Positions 1-12,739 of a stretch of 64,000 bases of DNA are shown here, one piece after another (position 1 is the stretch's first letter; the number at the start of each line of letters is the position of its first letter). The stretch is from Raja brachyura (Eukaryota). The notes below the pieces were generated by a model. It ran no database searches. It worked only from the letters and a program-made list of their open reading frames with translations, and had not been told where the DNA came from. The stretch covers positions 19,344,001-19,408,000 of the forward strand of contig OY740804.1 of assembly GCA_963514005.1 (NCBI GenBank), written 5' to 3'. Made by a program: the position numbers and the translations under genes.

Positions 1-29
1 CAATCCACAATATTCCAAATGTGGCTGGA

Positions 30-415
30 CCAACGCCTTGTGGAGCCTAGGCAGTCCATCCTTGTTTTTGTGTACAACCCCTTTTGAGATAAATGCTGGC
101 ATTGCATTTGATTTCTTTACTACCGATTCGATTTACAGATAAACTTTTTGGGAAGCATGCACCAGCACTCCCAAGTCCCTTTGCACCTCTCATTTCTGCA
201 TTCTCTGCTCATTTAGAAAATAGTCTACGCCTTTATTCCTGCTACCATAATGCATGACTCCACACTTTGCTACACTATATTCCATCTGCCACTTCTCTGC
301 CCACTCTCCCTACCTATCCAAGTCCTTCTGCAGAGTCCCTGCTTTCTCTGCACTACCTGCCCCTCCACCAATTTTCATATCATCCACAAACATGGCCACA
401 AAGTCTTCAATCCCC
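30..415 (-). mobile_element. CR1-type LINE ORF2 fragment
   Basis: Same sequence family as the CR1 copies at 27490-27720 and 10020-10400 (RT C-terminal region, WQMEYSVAKCGVMH). Confidence 0.75.
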
Positions 416-1223
416 ACATACAAATCAAAGCTGAATGTAAACTGTCACCTCCAGTTGCTGCCAGTTTCTTGGCAGGCTTCCTCCACAATACAATTAGAGG
501 AGGTGGGTGTTGCTTTATGTTTTCTCTGCCACATGCTTGACCCCTCACTGACTTGCTACGATCCCATAACATTTCTCACATTTGTGCATTGAGGAATACA
601 TGGAGCAGAATACCTGCTGGCAAGCACATATTTCACAGGTCAACAGGAGGAAAGGATCAATAACATTACATGGCAGAATGACACCTCTGTCTGGCCCATG
701 CAGAACCAAATATGACAATCTTTCCCTCAGCTGCTACAAGAATGGCTCCAGGCAAAGGGAATGCAATGGCAGGACATGGGGCATCCTTGATGCATTCCTG
801 TCTCAAAGTGAAGGGTGCTCTCCTCCCACATCCTGAAGATGTACAGATTTGTACGTTCATTGGTCTCTGTAAAATTGCTCCTAATGTTCAGGGAGTGGAT
901 GAGCAAGTGAGATTGTATAGAACTCGTGTGAACGAATGATCAATGGATAGCGTGAACTCGTTGGACCGAAGGGTCTGTTTCCATGCTGCAAAACTAAGTT
1001 AAGGGTGCTTTCAGGAGCCCGTTTACCATCACCAACAGAATCTTCACTCTGTTCCCCCCGTGGGTTCACTGTGTGATGTAGGAACTGTGGGCCGAGTATC
1101 TCACGGAGCCGGGAGCCAGACGATGGGCCGCATGGCCTGCTCCTGTGCTCTGTGATTCTCCCAGCTCCGATTCCTCCTCCAGTCACTGTGCTCTCCTGCT
1201 GACTGCCTCTCTTGTCTCCTCAG

Positions 1224-1541
1224 CTGGGACCGGGGCCGCCACTAGCACCGTGACCGGAGCTCGGGGACACTCGGTCTCTTTACCTGCTGGGATCACAGTC
1301 ACACCGAACATTACGAACGTTGTGTGGAGGCGGGCATCCCCCAGATTCAAGATAGCAGAACACTCAAAAGGGAACATTGAATATTATAACGCCAATTACA
1401 GGGGACGGGTAACTCTTCACCCCAGGAACTTCAGTCTGGAAATCCATGATCTACGGGGAGAGGACGCTTGTGAATATGAGGTGACTTTTGGAACAAGTTC
1501 AGGAGATGAAACTCAGGCAAGAATCCGACTGGAGGTGTACG
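1224..1541 (+). CDS. Gene A (SLAM/CD2-family receptor, ITSM-bearing): IgV exon
   Basis: Acceptor ctcttgtctcctcag|ct and donor tac g|gtgagt, 318 nt, phase 1/1. Translation AGTGAATSTVTGARGHSVSLPAG...VVWRR...YRGRVTLHPRNFSLEIHDLRGEDACEYEV...IRLEVY is a V-set domain lacking the canonical B-F disulfide, a hallmark of CD2/SLAM N-terminal domains. Leader exon not found in the window. Confidence 0.92.
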
Positions 1542-2159
1542 GTGAGTGAGACTGCCACAGAGGTCCCGGGTTTCACCGGCTCCTGAACCCGTCTAATTAA
1601 TTGGTGAGGGCAGATCCTGTGCGTTCCCCAGTTTACTGAACCCCACCGACTGCCAGTGTGTGGAGTGGGGGTCACGGCTGTAGTGCGACTGGGGCAGTGC
1701 CAGGCTGGGGGACAGACCCACCACATCCCCGGAGACTGGGCCAGGGGCCGCCAAGGAACAAAGTGTCAATGGGAAACCTCGTAGCTCCGAGGCTGAAGGA
1801 GCTGACACATGGGGAGGAAGGAAAGGATAGGGTGGGAGGGGTAGTTTAGATGGGCTGAACAGTCTGTATCTCTGAGACCTAGTTAAACAGACCCCACTGT
1901 ATCCACAGGTCAAAGGCCTTGTATGTTATGTTCAGGAATCCCAATTGTTCCATCAGTTTCCCACAGCTCTGCCTGTTCATTCCCAAGACCGCGGAGTAAG
2001 TTCACCAAGGTTTTTATTCCTCAGCCTCCATGCTTTACTGAGCGATGCCCTGTGTATTTATTCCACAGAATATGGTCCCAATCAGTGAGGCAGTGCACGT
2101 ACACAACAGCACACTCACACCCAGCAATATTGTTCCTATCTCACTCTTACAATAATATG

Positions 2160-3310
2160 TGCTTTGGAAGGTTAGATCGCATGGGATCCAAAGAGAGATA
2201 GCTGAATGGATAGCAAAGTGGCTCCATGGAAGGAAGCAGAGGGTGATGGTAGAAGGTTGCTTCTCGGACTGGAGGCCTGTGACTAGCGGTGTGCCTCAGA
2301 GTTCGGTGCTGGGCCCTTTACTGTTTGTCATCTACATCAATGATTTGGATGAGAACATTCAAGAGGGCAAGATTAGCAGGTTTGCTGATGATGCAAAAGC
2401 GAGTTGTTTTGCAGATAGTGAAGATGGTTGTGAAATATTGCAGCAGGATCTGGATCATTTGGCCAAGTGGGCGGAGGAATGGTTGATGGAAATTAATACA
2501 GAAAAGTGTGAGCTGTTGCATTTTGGGACGTCGAACACGAGCAGGACCTGCACAGTAAATGGTAGGCCTCTGGGGAGTGTTGTAGAGCAGAGGGATCTAG
2601 GAGTGTAGGTGCATAGTTCCTTGAAGGTCGAGTCGCAGGTAGATAAGTTGGTCAAAAAGACTTTTGGCACATTGGCCTTCATCAGTCTGTGTATTGAGTA
2701 TAGAAGTTGGGAGGTCATGTTGCAGATGCATTTGTATAAGTCGTTGGTGAGACCGCATTTAGAATATTGTGTTCAGTTCTGGGCACTATGTTACAGGAAA
2801 GGTATTGTCGAGCTTGAAAGGGTTCAGAAAGGATTTACGAGGATGTTGCCAGGACTAGAGGGTGTGAGCTGTTGGGAGAGGTTGAGTAGGCTGGGTCTTT
2901 ATTCCATGGAGCACAGGAGGATGAGGGGAGATCTTATAGAGGTGTACAAAATCATGAGAGGAATAGATTGAGTAGATGCACCGAGTCTCTTACCCAGAGT
3001 AGGGGAATCGAGGACTAGAGGACATAGGTTCAAGGTGAAGGTGAAAAGATTCAATAGGAATCTGAGGGGTAACATTTTAACCCAAAGGGTGGTGGGTGTA
3101 TGGAACAAGCTGCCAGAGGAGGTCGTTGAGGCTGGGACTATCCCATCGTTTAAGAAACAGTTAGACAGGTACATGGATAGGACAGGTTTGGAGGGATATG
3201 GACCAAGCGCAGGCAAGTGGGGCTAGTGTTGCTGGGACATGTTGGCCGGTGTGGACAAGTTGGGCTGAAGGGCCTGTTTCCACACTGTATCACTCTATGA
3301 CTCCGACTCT
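2160..3310 (+). mobile_element. CR1-type LINE 3' portion
   Basis: SGVPQSSVLGPLLFVIYINDLD, FADD, LVRPHLEYCVQFW and TQRVVGVWNKLP, with stops and a short tandem tail (ctctatgact). Confidence 0.9.
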
Positions 3311-4309
3311 ATATAACGTTCACAATAATCTCACCCAGCAGCGTCTGGCTGGGAAATCTTCCCTCCTTCATCCCAGGGATAACCAGTTCCCATGGTAGGG
3401 GGGAGAACATCAGAGCATGGAATATGAGCAGGAAGAGGCAATTTGGCCCTTCAAGCCTGCTCCCCACTCATTGAGATCAGCAATGGTCTGACCTTGGCCT
3501 CAGCTCCACTTTCCTGCCTGTATTGCACTTCAATATTTTTGCACTATTCCAGTATTATTGGGGGTTTTCTCTTGCACCATTCCACAGTATTGTGCCAGTC
3601 GTATATTTATTATTCTCTTATTGTTACTACGCACACTGCTTACGCCATGTCATGTAAGCAAGGAATTTCACTGCACCTTGACCAGATGATAATAAATTAA
3701 TCTAAACCTGACAATTGAGTGATTGATTGGTTGATGCTTTCTTGTTACATACACTCGGTGCAGTGAAATTATTTGTTTTGCATACAATACACACATGCGC
3801 AAAGAGTCGCCACATATAGGCTGCCGACGAAGTTACAAACGTCTTCAATATAGTCCCGATGGTCCCTTGTTGCTCTTGGTGCCCCCACACTCCCCCATCC
3901 CCCATGCCGGGTCCCTCTTTGTTCAGAATCAGAATCGGAGTCTGAATCTATTGCACACATTCCCGCCTTCCCTCCAGAACAAAGTTCTATCTGTCTTGGC
4001 CTTAAATACTTTTCCCGACTTGGCCTCCACAGCTCTCCGAGGGAGAATTCCACTGATTTCTAACCCTCAGCGAGAAGGAATTTCTCAATTTCCCCATCTG
4101 ACAAGGACAGCCCCTTATCCTGAATCTCTAACCCATGATCCCATTCCGCCTGTCTCTGTTTCTTGTCCTCCCCCACTGGAGGTCGTTTCTCTCAGTCCCC
4201 TCTGCCCATACTGATCAATACGTTAAAAATGTCCATCAGGTGTGTAAGAGACATGGGGACCACTCACAGGAGTGACAAAATACATGGAACTGAGGAGAAT
4301 TCCCAAGAT

Positions 4310-4580
4310 AAAGAGCCATGAAACCTGTGCAGACAGGAGATTTTGCAGAGATCTTCATTCTCTCATTACTGAAGTCTGAGGTTCCCACCTGCTTTAAGAG
4401 GGCATCTATAATAAAAATTCTGGTAAGGCAACATACTCTTCCAAAAGAGTAGGGCGACATGCCTCAATGATTATCGATCTGTGGCACTAACGTCCGTGGC
4501 GATGAAGTTCTTTGAGAGATTGGTTATGGTGCATATCAACTCCTACCTCAACAAAAACCTCAACCCATTACAATCTGCGC
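4310..4580 (+). mobile_element. Rex1/Babar-like non-LTR RT fragment
   Basis: CLNDYRSVALTSVAMKFFERLVM resembles the Rex1-type RT motif. Confidence 0.65.
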
Positions 4581-4966
4581 ACTGCAAATTTCTCATGTTT
4601 ATTATATTATTTACAGATTACTATGTTTACATATTCTGTTGTGCTCCTGAAAGTAAGAAGTTCATTGTTCTCTACGGGACCTTTGATAATATCACACTTT
4701 TGACTCTTGGCTGTAAACAGGACACTGTTGGGAGTTTGAGGATGATTGCGGGCAGTGGTCGGGAAGGGAGCACAGCACGTGTGGACTTCCTCCAGCAACA
4801 ACTGTCTGAACTGTCTGAAGGGGGAGGGAAGAGATAAACTGATGGGTGGAAATGAACTGGCATTGACTTAAAGCTCACTGGTGACTGTTGGAGACAGGAT
4901 GTTGGGTTTCGAGGGGTCGACAAGGATCTCCTTTACTCATCTTTCTTCTTTCTGCCCCAACCTCAG

Positions 4967-5245
4967 AGCCCGTGGCAGGAACACAGATCGAGGCTGACAT
5001 CACCGAGATCTGCAACTTCACCCTGACCTGCTCCGTAACCTCCGGTGGCCCCATCAGCTTCACGTGGTGGAGGGAAGCTTTGGGAAACGACAACACCCGT
5101 CACCTCGAGGGGCACGGAAATACAACACATGTTTATCAGACAGCAGAGGTCGGGGACGTTGTGTACAGGTGTGAGGCCAGTAACCCGGCCAGTGAGGGCA
5201 CGGCAGAGATCCAGCTGAAGGATATCTGTAACCGGACCACATTTG
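4967..5245 (+). CDS. Gene A: IgC2 exon
   Basis: Acceptor ctttcttctttctgccccaacctcag|ag and donor ttt g|gtgagt, 279 nt, phase 1/1. EPVAGTQI...CNFTLTCSVTSGGPISFTWWRE...YRCEASNPASEGTAEIQLKDICN has the four-cysteine C2 pattern and the CxASNPxS motif typical of SLAM/CD2 domain 2. Confidence 0.92.
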
Positions 5246-5555
5246 GTGAGTGTCAAAGTGATGATCCCAGGTTATTGGGAGGACAGTAATGTGTTTGTTC
5301 ATTGGGAGAGTGTATTGGGAGTGTGGGATGGAACAGTGTGGAGGGAGCTACACTCTATATTTAATCCATGCCTCAGGAGTGTGTGGAATTATGGCATAGA
5401 GGCACTAGGCCACATCTAATCCATGCCTTGGAAGGGATTTAATAAATAATTGAACATTATTCTGTTCCCAAACCTTTCAACGCCATCTTTTTAAGCCACC
5501 GCTGAGGTTGAAGTGTTACCTCTGCCCAGAATGCACTTCAGCTTTGTGGATTCAT

Positions 5556-6232
5556 CTCAGATGGTCCCTTTGCTAATCCACTGCGTGGCCTTGTACAGGA
5601 GCAGAGTGATGAGAAGGTCCTTGTCCCCTTCTGCACGGACTGTCTATAGTTCAGGAGCAAGGGGCGAAGTAGAGCCAAATCTTGATGACAGACCCTTTAA
5701 ACATTTAAACAGGCTGCAACCTCGCACTATCTGTGTGTACATGGAACATGTACTTGTCCCGGCTGCAGAAACTCAGGCAGGCTAAGGGTCCATGGGAGAA
5801 TTAAAATTGTGTTAAACGAGACTGCTCTAAAACTAAAACTAAAAATACTTTTAAAAAACTGGTCCCTGAATGCCTCCAATGAACCAGTGGGCACTGCTTG
5901 CTCTCGCTTCTTTAACACCCATGGACGGATGTATCCTTGGAAGAAGGGCAGGCAGTCAGCTCAGATGGTACCTTCGCCAATCCACTGCCTGGCCATCTAC
6001 AGGATGCAGAGTGATGAGAGGTCCTTGTCCCCTTCTGCACGGACTGTCCACGGTTCAGGAGCAAGGGACCAAGTAGAGACAAATCTTGAAGACAGACCCT
6101 TTAAACATTTAAACGGGCTGCAACCTCTCACACGCTGTGTGTACATTGAACCTGTACTTGTCCAGGCTGCAGGAAGGCAGGCAGGCTAAGGGTGCGTGGG
6201 AGAATTAAAATCCTGTTGAATGGGACTGCTCT
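5556..6232. repeat. Direct duplication of a ~273-nt unit (5556-5828 and 5960-6232)
   Basis: Collinear copies ctcagatggt...aggtccttgtccccttctgcacggactgtc...gacagaccctttaaacatttaaac...actgctct. Confidence 0.85.
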
Positions 6233-6314
6233 CTGCCACACTCTCCACCCTTGGTCCCATTCAGGCAGGGCTCCTCACCCGCATCCACCATGCAGAATGA
6301 TCATCACAGTTTAA

Positions 6315-7175
6315 GTTTGGTTTTAGTTTAGAGATACAACAGGGAAACATACCTTCACCAGACATCGATCACCCGTTCTCACTAGTTCTATGTTATCCCA
6401 CTGTTCACATTGACTCCTTCCACACTAGGGGCAACTTACAGAGACCAATTAACCTACAAACCCACACATCTTTGGGATGTGGGAGGAATGCGGAGCACTT
6501 GAAGAAACCCACGTGGAGACAGGGAGAACATGCAAACTACACTGGTCTCCAAATCTGAGGAAGGACATTATTGCCATAGAGGGAGTGCAGAGAAGGTTCA
6601 CCAGACTGATTCCTGGGATGTCAGGACTGTCTTATGAAGAAAGACTGGATAGACTCGGTTTATACTCTCTAGAATTTAGGAGATTGAGAGGGGATCTTAT
6701 AGAAACTTACAAAATTCTTAAGGGGTTGGACAGGCTAGATGCAGGAAGATTGTTCCCGATGTTGGGGAGGTCCAGGACAAGGGGTCACAGCTTAAGGATA
6801 AGGGGGAAATCCTTTAGGACCGAGATGAGAAGGACTTTTTTCACACAGAGAGTGGTGGGTCTCTGGAACTCTCTGCCACAGAGGGTAGTTGAGGCCAGTT
6901 AATTGGCTATATTTAAGAGGGAGAGATGTGGCCCTTGTGGCTAAGGGGATCAGAGGGTATGGAGAGAAGGCAGGTACGGGATACTGAGTTGGATGATCAG
7001 CCATGATCATATTGAATGGCGGTGCAGGCTCGAAGGGCCGAATGACCTACTCCTGCACCTAATTCCTATGTTTCTATGTCTATGTTTCTACACAAAGAGA
7101 ACACCTAAGAGGATCAAACCCAGGTCTCTGACATTGTGAGGCAGCAGTTATACCAACTACACCATGGTGCCGCCC
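6315..7175 (-). mobile_element. V-SINE-like tRNA-derived SINE split by a CR1 insertion
   Basis: SINE body 6315-6540 continues at 7090-7175; ctacac flanks both sides of the inserted CR1. Confidence 0.65.
6542..7090 (+). mobile_element. Young CR1 3' end with (tatgtttc) tail
   Basis: WSPNLRKDIIAIEGVQRRFTRLIPG...FFTQRVVGLWNSLP; near-identical to the inverted copy at 14561-15108. Confidence 0.92.
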
Positions 7176-7559
7176 CAGTGTTTGTAAATGGCAAACAATG
7201 ATGAAGGACTGGAGTGGGTGCTGGAACGGGTCATACAGGGAACAAAACCCTGTGGTGTGGAGCAGCATGGAAGGCATTTTTGGGAGACAGGACCACATTG
7301 TGTCAGATCCAAAGAGGGTTTCAGAGCTGGAGTCCAATGAGCAATCACAGCCAAACAAGCTGTGTTCAGTTGGGAACATGTCACACACCACCCTCCACTA
7401 CATACAGTGATGTGGATCCCAAAAACATCAGCAACAAGACTTGTTCAGCTCACTCCTCCTCCACTTCATCTTTTCCCTGCCCAGTTACTGTGACTGGAGA
7501 TGACCATGTCCCAGTCTGTGGAAAGATTCCAGTAAAAGACAGGCAATTCCCACCTAGCA

Positions 7560-10500
7560 GCACAGCTATAAGGGTAAAAAATACCCTAATGGGAGTTATT
7601 TATAGGTTCCCAAGATAGCCAGGATTTAGGGTCAAGTTACATCAGGCAATAAATGTGGCTTGTAAAAAAGGCAATGCTGTGGTCATCGGAGATTTCAATA
7701 TGCAGATTGACTGGGGAAACCAGGTTGGTATTGGACCCCAAGAAATCAAATTTGTAGAGTGCCTACAAGGTGGATTTTTAGCAGCTTGTAGTGGAGCCTA
7801 CCAGGGAAAAGGCAATTTTGGATTTAGCGTTATGGAATGAACCAGATATGATAACGGGAAATCAAGGTAAAGCAACCAATTGGAGGTAGCAACCACAACA
7901 TGATAAGTTTTAATCTGCAATTTGAGAGGGAGAAGATGAAATTGGGTGTGTCAGTATTGCAGCTGGGCAAAGAGGACTCATGAGGCGTGAGGGAGGAGCT
8001 GGCCAAAGTTGACGGGAAAGGGACCCAAGGAGGGATGACGGTGGAACAGCAATGGCAGGATTTTCTGCAAATAATCCGGAAGATGCAGGATTTTTTCATT
8101 CCAAACAGGAAGAAAGATTCTAGGGGGAGAAAGAGGCAAACGTGGCAGACAAGGGAAGTCAAGGACAGTATAAAACCAAAAGAGAAGGCGTATAACATTG
8201 CAAAGATTAGTGGGAAGCCAGAGGATTGGGAAGCTTCTAAAAAGCAACGGAGGGTAACTAAAAAACCAAAACGGGGTGAAAAGATGAAATACGAAGGTAA
8301 GCTACCCAATAATTTAAAAGAGTTTCCTCAGTTACATAAAGAGTTAGGAAGAGGCTAGAGTGGACGTTGTAGAATGATGCAGGAGAAGTGATAATGGGGA
8401 ATAAAGAAATGACAGAGTTGAATAACTTTTTTGCATTAGACTTCACAGGGCAAGACACCAGCAACGTGCCAGAAATTCAAAAAGGGTAGAGGTTAGTGGA
8501 GTGGCTATTACCAGGGAAAAGGTCAGTTTTCCAGGCCCCCATCTCCCTCATCTTCACCATGGATGTCCAGTCACTCTAAACCTCCATCCCCTACCAGGAG
8601 GGTCTTAAAGCCTTCCATTTCTTCTTCGACCGCAGAACCAACCAATCCTTGTCTACCAATGCTCTCCTCCACCTAGTGGAGCTGGTCCTCAACAACTTTT
8701 CCTTTGACTCCTCCCATTTTCTCCAAAACCAAGGCGTAGCTATGGGTACATGCATGGCCCCCAGCTATGCCTGCATCCTTGTAAGGTACATCGAACAATC
8801 CTTGTTCAAGGCATACCCTGGCAATATCCCCGAAGTCTACCTCCGGTACATTGACGATTGCATTGGTGCTACCTCCTGCACCCATGCAGAACTCACTGAC
8901 TTCATCCATTTCATAACTAACTTCTATCCGGCACTCAGGTTCACCTGGACCATTTCCGACATCTCCCTACCATTTCTAGACCTCACTATCTCCATCACAG
9001 GTAACAGACTACTGACTGACATCTGCCACAAACCCACTGACTCCCATGGCTATCTGGATTACACTTCTTCCCACCCTGCTTCCTGTAAGGACTCTATCCC
9101 CTACTCCCAATTCCTCGGGCTATGCCGCATCTGCACCCAGGATGAGGTGTTCCAAACCAGTGCATCGTAGATGTCCTTATTCTTTAGGGAATGGTGGTTC
9201 CCCTCTCCAACGATAGATGAGGTTCTCACCAGGATCTCTTCCATATCCAGCAGCTCCGCTCTCAATCAGCCCACTGTCTCCACCTCTTCTTTTCCTCTTC
9301 CCCCCCCCCCTCCCCCCATCAGTCTGAAGAAGGGTCTCGACCTAAAACATCACCTATTCCTTCGCCCCATAGATGCTGCCTCACCCGTTGAGTTTCTTCA
9401 GCTGAAAGGGCTGAAGGTGGATAAGTTACCTGGGCTGGATGGTACTAAGAGAGATGGCTTTAGAGATTGTGGAGGCACTGATGGTGATTTTTCAGAAATC
9501 TCAGGAGTGGTCCCAGATGACTGAAAAATTACCAATATTACCACGCTGCACAAAAAGGGAGCAAGGCAGAATAATGGGAACTACCGGCCGGTTAGTCTGA
9601 CTTTGGTGGTTGGTAAAATTTTAGAGACCATTATAAAGGATGAGGTTAGAGGTTCACGATAAAATAAGCTGATGTCAGCATGACTTTGTGAAGGGGAAGT
9701 CTTGCTAGACCAATTTGTTGGAAATCTTTGAAGAAGTAAATAGCAGGACGGACAAAGGTGTCAGTAGAAGGTGTTTACTTGGATTTTCAGAAAGCCTTTG
9801 ATAAGATGCCACACGTTAGGCAGCTTAGGAAGATGAGAGTCCCCGGTATCAAAGGGCAGATACCAGCATGGATAGCAGGTTGGCTGAATGGCAGAAGACA
9901 AAGAGTGGCAATAAAGGGGGCTTTTTCTGGTTGGCTGCCAGTCACTAGTCGAGTTCTGCAAGGGTCGGGACAGGAGGTCGCTACTATTCACGTTGTATAT
10001 TAATGATTTGGATGACGGGAAAGTTTGTCAATGATATGAAAGTAGGTAGAGGCACAAGTAGTGTTGAGAAAGCAGGGACTCTGCAGAAGGACTTAGACAG
10101 GTTGGGAGAGTGAGCAAAGAAATGGCAGATGGAATATAGTGTAGCAAAGAGTGGAGTCATGCATTTTGGTCGTAGGAATAAAGGGTAGACTATTTTCTCA
10201 ATGGGGTGAGAATCCACAAATCGGAGGTGCAAAGGGACTTGGGAGTGCTGGTGCAGGATTCCCAAAAAATTAATCTGCAAGTTGAATCGGGAGTAAAGAA
10301 AGCAAACTCAATGCTAGCATTTAGTTCAAGAGGGCTTGTGTACAAAAACAGTGATGTAATGTTGAGGCTCCATCAGGCGCTGGTCAGGCCGCCTTTGGAA
10401 TATTGTGAGCAATTTTGGGCACATTATCTGAGGAAGAATGTGCTGGCTCTGGAGGCGGTCCAAAGAAGGTTTACAAGAATGATCCCAGGAATGAGTAGGT

Positions 10501-10950
10501 TAACCTACGAGGGGCGTTTGTCGGCACTGAGCCTGTACTCGCTGGAGTTTAGAAGAGGAGTTAAGGGGGGGGACCTCATTGAAACATACAGAATAGTGAA
10601 AGGCTTGGATAGAGTGGATGTGGAGAGGATGTTTCCACAAGTGAAAGAGTCTACGACCAGAGGTCATAGCCTCAGCATTAAAGGATGTTATTTTATGAAG
10701 GCGATGATGAGAAGTGTCATTAGTCTGAAGGTGGTGAATCTGTGGAATTCTTCACCACAGAAGGCTGTGGAGGCCATGAGTGGATATTTTAAGGCAGAGA
10801 TAGATTCTTGATTAGTACAGGTGTCAGAGGTAATGGGGTGAAGGGAGGAGAATGGGGTTAGGAGGGAGAGATATATCAGCAATGAATGAATGGTGGAGTA
10901 GGCTTGATGGGCCGAATGGCATAATTCTACCCCTATTCCTTATGACCTTA
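7560..10950 (+). mobile_element. Degraded CR1 (endonuclease through 3' UTR) interrupted by a Penelope fragment
   Basis: VIGDFN endonuclease motif, YLDFQKAFDK, LVRPPLEYCEQFW and a (cttatga) tail; the sequence resumes at about 9400 after the insert. Confidence 0.85.
8530..9262 (+). mobile_element. Penelope-like retroelement RT fragment
   Basis: GVAMGTCMAPSYA, YLRYIDD, LPFLD and KPTDSHGYLDYTSSHP are Penelope/Poseidon RT motifs. Confidence 0.88.
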
Positions 10951-11499
10951 TGAGCTGTCACTTGCCACTGGGAACTGCGTGTTGTCCTAAAGGCAGCGCA
11001 CCTGGAGGAAGAAATTCATCACCAGTGCATGACATCTGGGAGGATACTCAGTGTACAGAGTCCCCAAGGCAGAGAGTCGCCACCTGGGTATGGACGCACA
11101 CCTGCGACTGACTGCCCTCCTCAATCAGGAGATTCAGAACAGCAGCAGAGTCACATTGCTTCTCTTGCCCTGGAACAAAATCTCCATTGCTGGATCTTGG
11201 TGACAAAGACAGCGAGTGGAACCAAAGTGACCAACTGGTACCACAGCATGGTGATCACATGTAGGTTTATGATCAGCGATCAGCCCCTTTTGGAAAACAC
11301 TTGGAACAGGCCTGAACAATGTGGGCGATTTCTACCTCCAGCTCTTGCCAGATAGTGAGAGTGCCAGTTTCCTGCATCCACACCGTAATCCCCAAAATAT
11401 CTAAAATTCTGTCAAACTCTGTATTGACTAAAATAAAGGCACAAAGTGCTGCAGTCAAGAGTCAAGTGAGTTTATTGTCATGTGTCCCAGATAGGACAA

Positions 11500-12212
11500 T
11501 TATAACCATATAACAATTACAGCACGGAAACAGGCCCTCTCGGCCCTTCCAGTCCGAGCCGACCATTTATTTTCCCCTAGTCCCATCTACCTGCACTCAG
11601 ACCATACCCCACCATTCCCTTCCCATCCATATACCTATCCACTTTACTTTTAAATGTTAAAATCGATCCTGCCTCCACCACTTCTGCTGGAAGCTCATTC
11701 CACACAGCCACCACTCTCTGAGTAAAGAAGTTCCCCCTCATGTTACCCCTAAACTTCTGTCCCTTAATTCTCATGTCATGCCCTCTTGTTTGAATCTTCC
11801 CTACCCTCAATGGGAAAAGCTTATCCACGTCAACTCTTGTCTATCCCTTTCATCATTTTAAAGACCTCAATCAAGTCCCCCCTTAACCTTCTGCGCACCA
11901 AAGAATAAAGACCTAACTTGTTCAACCTTTCCCTGTAACTTAGTTGCTGGAACCCAGGCAACATTCCAGTAAATCTCCTCTGTACTCTCTCTATTTTGTT
12001 GACATCCTTCCTATAATTAGGCGACCAAAATTGTACACCATACTCCAGAATTGGTCTCTCCAATGCCTTGTACAATTTTAACATTACTTCCCTACTCCTA
12101 TATTCAATGCTCTGATTTATAAAGGCCAGCACACCAAAAGCTTTCTTTACCACCCTATTTACATGCGATTCCACCTTCAGGGAACTATGCACAGTTATTC
12201 CTAGATCCCTCT
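11500..12212 (-). mobile_element. CR1 3' portion
   Basis: ERDLGITVHSSLKV...LERPILEYGVQFWSP...FFTQRVVAVWNELP. Confidence 0.88.
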
Positions 12213-12349
12213 CTTTTGGTTCTGCAGATAGCTGTCCATTCTGGCTCTCTAATGGTCCATTGCATTCTTGCAGCACAACAGGATATTGTAGTCATAAATA
12301 CAGATCAGATCAGTGTGTCCAAATACCATAGAATATATATATATATATA

Positions 12350-12672
12350 TAGAAGCAGAGAAACATAGAAAATAGGTGCAGGAGGAAGCCATTTGGCCCT
12401 TCGAACCAGCACCGCCATTCATTGTGATCATGGCCGATCGTCCCCAATCAATAATCATAGAATACCTTCTCCCTGCCTTCTCCCCATATCTCTTGATTCC
12501 ACTAGCCCCTAGAGCTCTATCTAACTCTCTCTTAAATCCATCCAGTGATTTGACCTCCACTGCCCTCTGTGGCAGGGAATTCCACAAATTCACAACTGTC
12601 TGGGTGAAAAAGTTTTTTCTCACCTCAGTCTAAAATGGCCTCTCTTTATTCTCAGACTGTGGCCTCTGGTTG
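12350..12672 (-). mobile_element. CR1 3' end
   Basis: RKNFFTQTVVNLWNSLPQRAVE plus (tatgtttc) tail. Confidence 0.85.
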
Positions 12673-12739
12673 TTGATATACACACATCAATAAACAGATG
12701 AAGTGCACTTGGCTGTTATAGTTCGGAGTTTGTTTGAAG

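Noticed and set aside
1145-1223. ORF-track N-terminus MLCDSP...ALLLTASLVSS as a signal peptide (also 49024-48946)
   Set aside because: It starts at GTG, not ATG, and the hydrophobic stretch is just the translated polypyrimidine tract. A proper leader exon exists for gene B at 51477-51417.
1224-1600. Rearranging Ig/TCR/NAR V segment
   Set aside because: No canonical Cys pair, the exon includes the G strand and ends in a splice donor, and no heptamer-spacer-nonamer RSS follows.
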